From: Stellaceae bacterium | Lineage (GTDB): Bacteria; Pseudomonadota; Alphaproteobacteria; ATCC43930; CGMCC-115725 | Reading direction: 5' to 3' | DNA: 64,000 nt | NCBI GenBank assembly: GCA_036008325.1 | Contig: DASYNW010000199.1 | Location: 607 to 64,606, forward strand | Shown here: in pieces, positions 48,871 through 56,473 of the stretch | How the letters are laid out: every line of letters begins with the position of its first letter | Numbering within the stretch: the stretch's first letter is position 1 | Notes under the pieces: model-generated | Database searches by the model: none | Told to the model about the DNA's origin: nothing | Seen by the model: only the letters and a program-made list of their open reading frames with translations | Translations under genes and position numbers: made by a program

Positions 48871-48936
48871 ATTTTTCGATAAAATATAAGATTAATAAAT
48901 CTATATTCGTAATTAATTTAACTATACTTAGATTTT
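48871..48936. other. Extremely AT-rich tract upstream of the PEP-CTERM gene
   Basis: atttttcgataaaatataagattaataaatctatattcgtaattaatttaactatacttagatttt has about 9 G/C in 66 nt by hand count. It lies 78-143 nt upstream of ATG 48793 in an otherwise GC-rich window. Confidence 0.8.
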
Positions 48937-49022
48937 CCGCTGGCGCCTGGCCGTCGCCGCTGCCTCACCAGCGGCGGTTGGCCATTCTCCGGATCATAGC
49001 CGGTTCAGAACCCGCCTGCCGC

Positions 49023-49058
49023 GGACCGGGCGGGGCCGCCGGACCGGGCGGGGCCGCC
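49023..49058. repeat. Perfect 18-bp tandem duplication (ggaccgggcggggccgcc x2), intergenic
   Basis: Read directly, 40 nt downstream of the SDR gene stop. Confidence 0.9.
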
Positions 49059-49097
49059 GCTCAGCGCTAGGCGACGCCGGGGCCGGCGGCGCGGGCT

Positions 49098-49883
49098 TTA
49101 CCCCATCGTCGAGTTGAAAGCGCCGCCGTCGAGCAGCAGGTTCTGACCGACGATGAAGCCGGACGAAGCACCGCACAGAAAAGCGCAGGCATCGCCGAAC
49201 TCGGCCGGATCGCCGACCCTTCCGGCCGGGTTCGCCTGGCCGCGTTTGGCCAGCAGCTCTTCGAAGGTGATGTTCTGCCGCCGCGCCTCGTACTCGATGC
49301 CTGAACGCAGCCGGTCGGTCAGAAACGGGCCGGGCAGGAGGCCGTTGATCGTCACATTGTATTTGGCCACCTGACGCGCGATGCCGGCGCAGAAAGCGGT
49401 GAGTCCGGCGCGCGCGCCGTTGCTCATGCCGAGATTGGCGATCGGCGACTTGACCGAGCCCGAGGTGATGTTGACGATGCGGCCGAATTTCCGCTCGCAC
49501 ATGCCGTCGACCGTAGCCTTGATCAGCATGATCGGGGTCAGCATGTTGGCGTTGACCGCCTTTTGCCAGTCCTCGACCGACCATTCGCGAAAATCGCCAT
49601 GCGGCGGCCCGCCGCAATTGTTGACCAGGATGTCGGGCGCGGGGCAGGCGGCGAGCGCGGCGGCGCGGCCGGGTTCGGTCGAGATGTCGCCGGCGACCGC
49701 GGTCACCTTGGCGCCGGTTTCCTTGCGGATCTCGTCGGCGGTCTCTTCCAAGGTCTCGCGGGTGCGCGCGGTGATCGTCAATTCGACCCCGGCGCGCGCC
49801 AAGGCCGTGGCGCAGGCCCGCCCCAGCCCTTTGCTCGCCGCACACACGATGGCCTTGCGGCCGCGAATGCGCAAATCCAGCAT
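49098..49883 (-). CDS. SDR-family oxidoreductase (3-oxoacyl-ACP reductase-like)
   Basis: KAIVCAASKGLGRA is a variant glycine-rich NAD(P) motif. LVNNCGG and the catalytic region NITSGS...SNGARAGL are present. GGGAGGA lies upstream of the ATG. Confidence 0.9.
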   Translation of the reverse strand: MLDLRIRGRKAIVCAASKGLGRACATALARAGVELTITARTRETLEETADEIRKETGAKVTAVAGDISTEPGRAAALAACPAPDILVNNCGGPPHGDFREWSVEDWQKAVNANMLTPIMLIKATVDGMCERKFGRIVNITSGSVKSPIANLGMSNGARAGLTAFCAGIARQVAKYNVTINGLLPGPFLTDRLRSGIEYEARRQNITFEELLAKRGQANPAGRVGDPAEFGDACAFLCGASSGFIVGQNLLLDGGAFNSTMG

Positions 49884-49958
49884 CCCGTCCTCCCGCCTCT
49901 AGATCAGCCTTGCCGCCACGGTGTAGCCTGGATCGCTGTTGTCGGCGAACTGAAAAAT

Positions 49959-50002
49959 GGGGTTGGCGACCGGAGTGAACGGGGTTGGCGACTGGAAAGA
50001 AC
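49959..50002. repeat. 22-bp tandem direct repeat x2 (ggggttggcgacCggaGTgaac / ggggttggcgacTggaAAgaac, 19/22 identical)
   Basis: Read directly. It lies in the 139-bp divergent region between the SDR gene and the small ORF at 50023. Confidence 0.8.
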
Positions 50003-50022
50003 GGCGCGAAAGGCGGCTCTCG

Positions 50023-50238
50023 ATGAAGCTGACGCTGACCCTCGATCTAGCGCAGGCCGGCGTGTGTGCGAGCCTGGTCGAAGAGTGGGAAGACAATGGC
50101 GGCACGGCCAAGATGGCGCCGATGATCCGCCACTTCGACACCGACGAGGAGGCGGTCGTCTGGGCGCGCTCGCTGGCGCGCCGCCGCGGTCTGGGCCAGG
50201 TTTATCTGACCGACAACCGAAAGAGCGGCCACCGCTGA
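50023..50238 (+). CDS. Hypothetical small protein (71 aa), weakly supported
   Basis: MKLTLTLDLAQAGVCASLVEEWEDNGGTAKMAPMIRHFDTDEEAVVWARSLARRRGLGQVYLTDNRK. I do not recognise a family, and only a weak GAAAGG lies upstream. Confidence 0.35.
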   Translation: MKLTLTLDLAQAGVCASLVEEWEDNGGTAKMAPMIRHFDTDEEAVVWARSLARRRGLGQVYLTDNRKSGHR

Positions 50239-50276
50239 GCCCGGCGCCCCCGATCGGCCTGGACACGGGTCCGTGC

Positions 50277-50819
50277 TCAATAGGGCGGCGGTGCGTAGCC
50301 CGGCGGGGAATAGCCGGGCGGGCCGCCATAAGGCTGCGGCGGTGCATAGCCCGGCTGCCCGGAAAACGGCGGCGCGCCCGGCGGCGGCGCGAAGCCGGGC
50401 ACCTGATTGCCGTGCGCTTGCATACACTCGCCATAGATCACGTCGTATTGCTGCTGCAGCGACATCTGCGCGTAGGCCGAACTGTTGGCGCCCACCACCG
50501 TGCCGAAACCTGCGCCAGAGGCGGCGCCGATCGCAGCGCCGCGGCCGCCGCCGATCGCGGCGCCGAGACCGGCGCCGATCGCGGTGCCGATGATCGCGGT
50601 GCCGACCGCCTGGTTGTTGGCGGCAGCGGCTGCGGGAGCGGTTTGCGAGGCGGCGTATTGACCGCAGAAATTCTGATCGGCGGCAAACGCGGCGAACGAT
50701 TTTCCGGGTCCAGGTGCGACCGGGATTGTCGGCCCTGGCGGCGGGGCGACACAGGCCGCCAAGGAGACCAGCAGCGCCAGCGCGCCGGCGGCGCGCGGAT
50801 CGATACGCTTCATGTTCAT
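50277..50819 (-). CDS. Glycine-zipper lipoprotein with a proline/tyrosine-rich C-terminus
   Basis: MNMKRIDPRAAGALALLVSLAAC carries a lipobox. A glycine zipper (GTAIIGTAIGAGLGAAIGGGRGAAIGAASGAGFG) and a PPGY-type tail follow. Only the last 180 codons of track ORF 50277..51713 are credible. Confidence 0.8.
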   Translation of the reverse strand: MNMKRIDPRAAGALALLVSLAACVAPPPGPTIPVAPGPGKSFAAFAADQNFCGQYAASQTAPAAAAANNQAVGTAIIGTAIGAGLGAAIGGGRGAAIGAASGAGFGTVVGANSSAYAQMSLQQQYDVIYGECMQAHGNQVPGFAPPPGAPPFSGQPGYAPPQPYGGPPGYSPPGYAPPPY

Positions 50820-50935
50820 GGCCTGTTCCGTAAACCTCAAACGATCATGCGGCGGCAGGTTGTTCCAGGCAAGCGCTAACAGCAGCTGCCGCGGCCCATT
50901 GCACGCCTTTCGCCGCGATGATGGCTTAGCCCTTC

Positions 50936-51955
50936 TTAAGGGCGGGTGAATTCCGGCATGATTTCGCGGGCGAAGGTTCTGAGCGCCGCGCGCGAGCCGC
51001 CGACATCGATGACCATCACGTATTCGACGCCGCCCGCCTGAAGCCGTTTGAGCCGGCCGACGATTTCTTCGGGTGTGCCGATCAGCGCGTCGGTCTCGGT
51101 GGCCCGGCGCATGTCTTCGACCGACATCGCGCGGCGCGGGCGGCCGATGGTCGGGGATTCGCCTGTCGGCGACAGCGACAGCTGCTGCACGTTGCGCATA
51201 AAGGTCATGCGCAATTCGTGCGCCGCCTCGCGCTCGACCGGGTTCGTCGCGATATGCAATGCCCGGGTCAGCCCGACACTCATCGGGTCGAATTGCCGGC
51301 CTTGCGCCTCGATCGCCTTGCGGTAAATCCCGATGTTCTCGGCGACGAGATCGGGGCTGCCGGCCTGGCCCAGCAGCAGGTTGAACCCGTCCTCGGCGGC
51401 CTTGCGGACAGAGGGCGCGCTCTGGGCGCCGATCCATAGCGGCGGATGCGGCTTTTGCACCGGCGCGGGCTCGATCACGACATCCTCGTAATTCCAGCGC
51501 TTGCCGTGATGCGAAAAGCGGCCTTTCGTCGTCCACGCCTTGCGCAGAAATTCGACCGCCTCGTCGTAGCGCTCCTGGGCGTCCTCCATCGGCATGCAGA
51601 AGCCGTGGAACTCGCCCCAGCGATAGCCTTTGCCGATACCGAGATCGAGCCGCCCGTTGGACAGCAGGTCCAATGTCGCCGCCTGCTCGGCGAGCAGGGC
51701 CGGGTTGTGCCACGGCAACACCAAGACGGCGGTGCCGAGCCTGATGCGCGAGGTTTTCGCGGCCAGGTAGGTCAGAAAGCTCAGGGTCGCCGAGATCTGG
51801 CCGAACCCGGTGAAATGGTGCTCGACCAGAAAGACGCTGTGAAAACCGAGTGCCTCGGCTTCACAGATATAATCGATGTAATCGGTGTAGATCCGGCTGT
51901 CGCTAGCCTGCTCGCCGATCTCGGTGCGCGCGCCGCCGAACAATCCGAAACGCAT
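50936..51955 (-). CDS. LLM-class (luciferase-like) flavin-dependent oxidoreductase
   Basis: MRFGLF...GFHSVFLVEHHFTGFG, RIRLGTAVLVLPWHNP, GRLDLGIGKGY and HPPLW are present. GGGAG lies upstream of the ATG. Confidence 0.9.
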   Translation of the reverse strand: MRFGLFGGARTEIGEQASDSRIYTDYIDYICEAEALGFHSVFLVEHHFTGFGQISATLSFLTYLAAKTSRIRLGTAVLVLPWHNPALLAEQAATLDLLSNGRLDLGIGKGYRWGEFHGFCMPMEDAQERYDEAVEFLRKAWTTKGRFSHHGKRWNYEDVVIEPAPVQKPHPPLWIGAQSAPSVRKAAEDGFNLLLGQAGSPDLVAENIGIYRKAIEAQGRQFDPMSVGLTRALHIATNPVEREAAHELRMTFMRNVQQLSLSPTGESPTIGRPRRAMSVEDMRRATETDALIGTPEEIVGRLKRLQAGGVEYVMVIDVGGSRAALRTFAREIMPEFTRP

Positions 51956-52183
51956 GATGCACTCCCTATATTACGCCCGGTCAGTCCGGTGCCAACGCCG
52001 ACCCAGAGGGTGGCCGAAAAGACGTGCCCCCCATGGATCTGTCAACTGTTCCCAATCCCCTATCATCGTGTTCAAGCGCCGCCCGACCTCCGCGGACGAA
52101 TCATGAAACGAGGTCAGAACAGCAAACTTCGTGCGTACTTCCGCAGCGTGACCGTATTGGATCCCTCCCCACCCGATCGCTGC

Positions 52184-52741
52184 TCAACGGGGTTCTTCCG
52201 GGAGCCGGCCCGGAGGGCCGGCCACAGCGGCAAGTCGTTGGATAACGGCCGGCCGCGGCTTGCTGACCAAGCCTTGCTCGAAGGCGACGATCGTGAGGCT
52301 GGCGAAGGCCGCGAGCAACTCGCCCGGCCGCAACAGGAAATCCGGATTGCGCGGATGTCCCAGGCGTTCGTTGCCAACGGCGAAGGTCTCATAGATCAGA
52401 ACCCCGCCCGGGGCGAGTGCCTGGCCGATCGCGGGCAGCAGCGGGCGATGCAGGTAGTTGGCGACGACGATGCCGTCATAGCCGCCGCCGAGCGGCCATC
52501 CGGTCGCGGATTCGAGGTCGAGCTCGACGATTTCACAACCGGGTTGGGCGGAGGGGATCAGAGTCGAGGCGTCGCGATCGACGGCGCGGACGGCAAAGCC
52601 GCGGTCGCGCAGCAGCCGCACGTGACGTCCGGCGCCAGCCGCCAGGTCGAGCACCAGCCCGCCTGGTCTGACCAGCGACAAAAACCGCGCGATCCAGCCC
52701 GACGGAGCTGCCGAGGTTTTGGATTGAGCAGGATTTTCCAA
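52184..52741 (-). CDS. Class I SAM-dependent methyltransferase
   Basis: Motif I VLDLAAGAGRH and post-I FAVRAVDRD are present. The ORF starts at TTG 52741, so the start is uncertain. Confidence 0.8.
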   Translation of the reverse strand: MENPAQSKTSAAPSGWIARFLSLVRPGGLVLDLAAGAGRHVRLLRDRGFAVRAVDRDASTLIPSAQPGCEIVELDLESATGWPLGGGYDGIVVANYLHRPLLPAIGQALAPGGVLIYETFAVGNERLGHPRNPDFLLRPGELLAAFASLTIVAFEQGLVSKPRPAVIQRLAAVAGPPGRLPEEPR

Positions 52742-52809
52742 TGTTATCGTCCCAGAGTTGCAGGAAACTGGGATGCCGGTGTAAAACGGTCGGCGAGGAG
52801 TTCGGCTCG

Positions 52810-53223
52810 ATGATTTTGTTCACTTTGCGCTGCGCCCGGAACCACGAATTCGAGGGATGGTTCCGTGATGGCGACGGGTTTGAGGCGCAGCACGCGGCGG
52901 GCGAGATCGCCTGCTCTTATTGCGGCGACACCTCGGTCGAGAAAGCGGTGATGGCGCCCCGGCTCGGCCGCTCGCGCGAGACGCCGCCGCCCGCGGTGGC
53001 GCTGGCCCAGATGCGCAAGGCGCTGATCGAGATGCGGCGGCAGGTCGAAACCCATTGCGATTACGTCGGCGGCCGGTTTGCCGAGGAAGCGCGGCGCATT
53101 CATTACGGCGAGACCGATCCGCGCGGCATTTACGGCGAAGCGAGCGAGGCCGAGTCGCATCAGCTGGCCGATGAGGGGATAAGCTTTGGCCAGATCCCGT
53201 GGATCCCGCCCAGCGACGGCTGA
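52810..53223 (+). CDS. DUF1178 family protein
   Basis: MILFTLRCARNHEFEGWFRDGDGFEAQHAAGEIACSYCGDTSVEKAVMAPRL is the typical DUF1178 N-terminal zinc-ribbon-like region. GAGGAG lies upstream of ATG 52810. Confidence 0.85.
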   Translation: MILFTLRCARNHEFEGWFRDGDGFEAQHAAGEIACSYCGDTSVEKAVMAPRLGRSRETPPPAVALAQMRKALIEMRRQVETHCDYVGGRFAEEARRIHYGETDPRGIYGEASEAESHQLADEGISFGQIPWIPPSDG

Positions 53224-53240
53224 CGAGGCGGGCAGACGGC

Positions 53241-53981
53241 TCACTGCCGCACTGCCATTACCATATAGTTGACCCCGATATCCGGCGACAGCACCCACTC
53301 GCCGCCGCCCGGATCGTAGCTGACCCCGGCGACCTCGGTGGTGCGCAGATGATTTCGGCGCAGACCGAGGATCAATTCGGAGGGGCGCGAGAACTTGCGC
53401 CAGTCGTGGGTCCCGCGCGGCAGCCAGCGCAGGATGTATTCGGCGCCGACGATCGCCAGGCCGAATGATCGAGCGGTGCGGTTGAGGGTCGCGGCGATGA
53501 CCGCCCCGCCCGGCGCCGCCAGCAATCCGAGCACTCGGCAAAAGGCGTCGCGATCGGCGCTGTGCTCGATCACCTCGAGCGCCAACACCGCATCGAAACG
53601 CTCGCCGGCCTCGGCGACCGCTTCGGCGGCGGCGAGGCGATAGTCGATTTCGAGACCGGCGCTCTGCGCGTGCGCCCGCGCCGCCTCGATCGCTTCGGCG
53701 CCCGCATCGATGGCGGTCACCCTAAAGCCGAGACGCGTCATCGGCTCGGCCACGAGGCCGCCGCCGCACCCGACGTCGAGCAGGGTCAGCCCGGTAAACG
53801 GCTGCAGCTGAGCGGGATCGCGGTGGAAATGCGCCAGCAGCCGCGAGCGGATGAAACCGAGCCGGGTCGGATTGAGCCGGTGCAACGCGCGGAAGCTGCC
53901 CTCGGGGTCCCACCAAGCATCGGCTTGCGCGGCAAAGCGCACCAATTCCTTGTCATCGACGGTGGCGCCGCTTGCGAACAC
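53241..53981 (-). CDS. ubiG: Bifunctional 3-demethylubiquinol 3-O-methyltransferase / 2-polyprenyl-6-hydroxyphenol methylase UbiG
   Basis: FAAQADAWWDPEGSFRALHRLNPTRLGFIR, LLDVGCGGGLVAEPM and LEVIEH are present. I chose GTG 53981 because GGAAGGA lies 7 nt upstream (246 aa). Confidence 0.9.
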   Translation of the reverse strand: MFASGATVDDKELVRFAAQADAWWDPEGSFRALHRLNPTRLGFIRSRLLAHFHRDPAQLQPFTGLTLLDVGCGGGLVAEPMTRLGFRVTAIDAGAEAIEAARAHAQSAGLEIDYRLAAAEAVAEAGERFDAVLALEVIEHSADRDAFCRVLGLLAAPGGAVIAATLNRTARSFGLAIVGAEYILRWLPRGTHDWRKFSRPSELILGLRRNHLRTTEVAGVSYDPGGGEWVLSPDIGVNYMVMAVRQ

Positions 53982-54089
53982 GGCTTGATCCTTCCTCTTC
54001 GGCCCTTTGCCGGATGGCTTGATCGCCCAGAAAGGAGTATGTGGTCGAAATCGCAACCCGGCAACGGCTCGAACGGTGTTCACAGGGAC

Positions 54090-55310
54090 ATGGCGCGACT
54101 CGTGCAGAAATACGGCGGCACCTCGCTCGCCGATGTAGAGAGAATCAACAACGTTGCCCGGCGGGTCGGACGCGAGGTCGAGGCGGGGAACGAGGTCGCG
54201 GTTGTCGTCTCGGCCATGGCAGGGGTGACCAACCAGCTTGTCGACTGGACGCGCGAGATGAGCCGCCTGCACGATGCGCGGGAATACGACGTCGTCGTCT
54301 CTTCCGGCGAGCAGGTGACGGCGGGCCTGCTGTCGCTGGCGCTGCAAAATCTCGGGGTCGATGCGCGCTCATGGCTCGGCTGGCAGATCCCGATCCGGAC
54401 CGATGGCGTGCACGGCAAGGCGCGGATCGAAGCAATCGAGGTGGACGAGGTCAGCCGTCGCCTGGCTCGTGGGCAGGTCGCGGTGGTTGCGGGGTTCCAG
54501 GGCATCGACCAGCGGGGGCGAATTACCACGCTCGGCCGGGGCGGCTCGGACACTTCTGCGGTCGCCCTCGCGGCGGCGCTCAAAGCCGATCGCTGCGATA
54601 TCTTCACCGATGTCGACGGCGTATATACCAGCGATCCGCGGATCGTTGCGAACGCGCGCAAGCTCGGTAAAATTACCTACGAAGAGATGTTGGAGATGGC
54701 CTCGCAGGGGGCCAAGGTGTTGCAGACGCGCTCGGTCGAGATGGCAATGAACCACCGGGTGCGGGTCCAGGTTTTGTCGAGCTTTGTCGACAGCCCGGGA
54801 ACCCTAGTGGTTGACGAGGACGAGATTGTGGAACACCAGGTGGTCAGCGGCATCGCTTATAGCCGCGACGAAGCCAAGATCACGGTTCAGAAAGTGGCGG
54901 ACCGTCCGGGGGTAGCGGCAGCCATCTTCGGACCGCTCGCCGACAACGCGATCAATGTCGACATGATCGTGCAGAACATGGCGGAGGATGGTCGCGCAGA
55001 CCTCACCTTTACAGTCGCACGGGCCGATCTGGAGCGTGCAGTCTCGGTATTGGAGGAGAGGCGTGGGCTGCTCGGGTTCGCCGCGTTGAGGCCCGACTCC
55101 AACGTGGTTAAGATTTCGGTGATCGGGGTCGGAATGCGCAGCCACGCGGGGGTCGCCAAGCAGATGTTCCAGACCCTTTCCGAGAAGGGGATCAACATTC
55201 AGGTGATCTCGACCTCGGAGATCAAGGTGAGCGTCCTGATTGCCGCTGAATACACCGAGCTTGCCTTGCGGGCGCTGCACACGGCGTACGGGCTCGACGC
55301 GGTCGGATGA
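54090..55310 (+). CDS. lysC: Aspartate kinase
   Basis: MARLVQKYGGTSLADVERI, VVVSAMAGVTNQL, TLGRGGSDTSAVALAAAL and C-terminal ACT domains are present. Confidence 0.95.
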   Translation: MARLVQKYGGTSLADVERINNVARRVGREVEAGNEVAVVVSAMAGVTNQLVDWTREMSRLHDAREYDVVVSSGEQVTAGLLSLALQNLGVDARSWLGWQIPIRTDGVHGKARIEAIEVDEVSRRLARGQVAVVAGFQGIDQRGRITTLGRGGSDTSAVALAAALKADRCDIFTDVDGVYTSDPRIVANARKLGKITYEEMLEMASQGAKVLQTRSVEMAMNHRVRVQVLSSFVDSPGTLVVDEDEIVEHQVVSGIAYSRDEAKITVQKVADRPGVAAAIFGPLADNAINVDMIVQNMAEDGRADLTFTVARADLERAVSVLEERRGLLGFAALRPDSNVVKISVIGVGMRSHAGVAKQMFQTLSEKGINIQVISTSEIKVSVLIAAEYTELALRALHTAYGLDAVG

Positions 55311-56473
55311 GCGAGGGCATCGCTGCGGCCGAATTTACACCAGCAGGCGGGCGGCGTGCGGCGGGTGGGCAAGGTTCGGGGCCCGAGGGTTTTCGCGAAG
55401 AGCTAGACCGGCTGTGGGCGCGTGGCCGGGCGGTGCTCGGCTGCGATTTTGCCATTATGGGCGGCGCGATGACCTGGGTGTCGGAGCGCAATCTGGTTGC
55501 CGCCATCTCCAATGCGGGGGGCTTCGGGGTGATCGCCTCGGGGTCGATGTCGCCGGAGCTGCTATCCGCTGAAATCACCGCGACCGGAGCGCTGACCAAG
55601 AAACCTTTCGGGGTCAATCTGATCACGCTGCACCCACGGCTGATCGAATTGATCGAGGTCTGTGCCCAGCATCGCATCGGCCACGTCGTGCTGGCGGGCG
55701 GCCTGCCCAGTGGTGCGGCGATGAGCCGGATCAAAGAGAGCGGCGCGCGGGTGTTTTGCTTTGCGCCGGCGCTCGGCTTTGCGCGCAAGCTCGTGCGCAT
55801 GGGCGCCGATGCGATCGTCATCGAAGGCAGCGAGGCCGGCGGCCATGTCGGGCCGGTTTCGACCGGGGTGTTGGCGCAGGAAATTCTGCCGCATCTGGAC
55901 GAGGTCCCGATATTCGTTGCCGGGGGCATCGGGCGCGGCGAGGCGATGCTGGCCTATCTCGAGATGGGCGCTGCCGGGGTTCAGCTCGGCACCCGATTTG
56001 TCTGCGCCGCGGAATCGATTGCCCATCCGCGGTTCAAGCAGGCATTCATCCGTGCCGCGGCGCGCGACGCGGTCACCTCTCTGCAGCTCGATCCCCGCTT
56101 CCCGGTGATCCCGGTTCGGGCGCTGGCGAACCCGGCGACCGAAAAATTTCGGACCGTCCAGCGCGCGATCGTCGAGCGGTTTGCGCGCGGCGAGCTGTCG
56201 CAGAAAGCCGCACAATTGGAGATCGAGCACTTCTGGGCCGGCGCGCTGCGGCGCGCGGTGATCGAGGGCGATATCGACACGGGTTCGCTGATGGCCGGGC
56301 AGAGCGTCGGATTTGTGACCCGGGAACAGAGCACTGCCGAGATACTCGAGGAGCTGATCGCTCAGGCGTCCGCGGCGCTCGCCGCTCGCCGCCCGAGCAG
56401 CCAGCATCCGGTGATTTTATCCTTGCAATCTTCGTCACAAACTTCGGCGGGGAGCCGGGGCGCCGCGGAATGA
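55307..56473 (+). CDS. Nitronate monooxygenase / FabK-like NAD(P)H-dependent flavin oxidoreductase
   Basis: AIMGGAMTWVSERNLVAAISNAGGFGVIA, GADAIVIEGSEAGGHVG and FVAGGIGRGEAMLAYLEMGAAGVQLGTRF are present. It has ATGA overlaps with both lysC and ptsP. Confidence 0.85.
   Translation: MSEGIAAAEFTPAGGRRAAGGQGSGPEGFREELDRLWARGRAVLGCDFAIMGGAMTWVSERNLVAAISNAGGFGVIASGSMSPELLSAEITATGALTKKPFGVNLITLHPRLIELIEVCAQHRIGHVVLAGGLPSGAAMSRIKESGARVFCFAPALGFARKLVRMGADAIVIEGSEAGGHVGPVSTGVLAQEILPHLDEVPIFVAGGIGRGEAMLAYLEMGAAGVQLGTRFVCAAESIAHPRFKQAFIRAAARDAVTSLQLDPRFPVIPVRALANPATEKFRTVQRAIVERFARGELSQKAAQLEIEHFWAGALRRAVIEGDIDTGSLMAGQSVGFVTREQSTAEILEELIAQASAALAARRPSSQHPVILSLQSSSQTSAGSRGAAE

Noticed and set aside
50820-51713. 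Upstream 298 codons of track ORF 50277..51713
   Set aside because: This part overlaps the LLM oxidoreductase gene in another frame. Only the lipoprotein portion starting at MNMKRIDP (50819) is protein-like.
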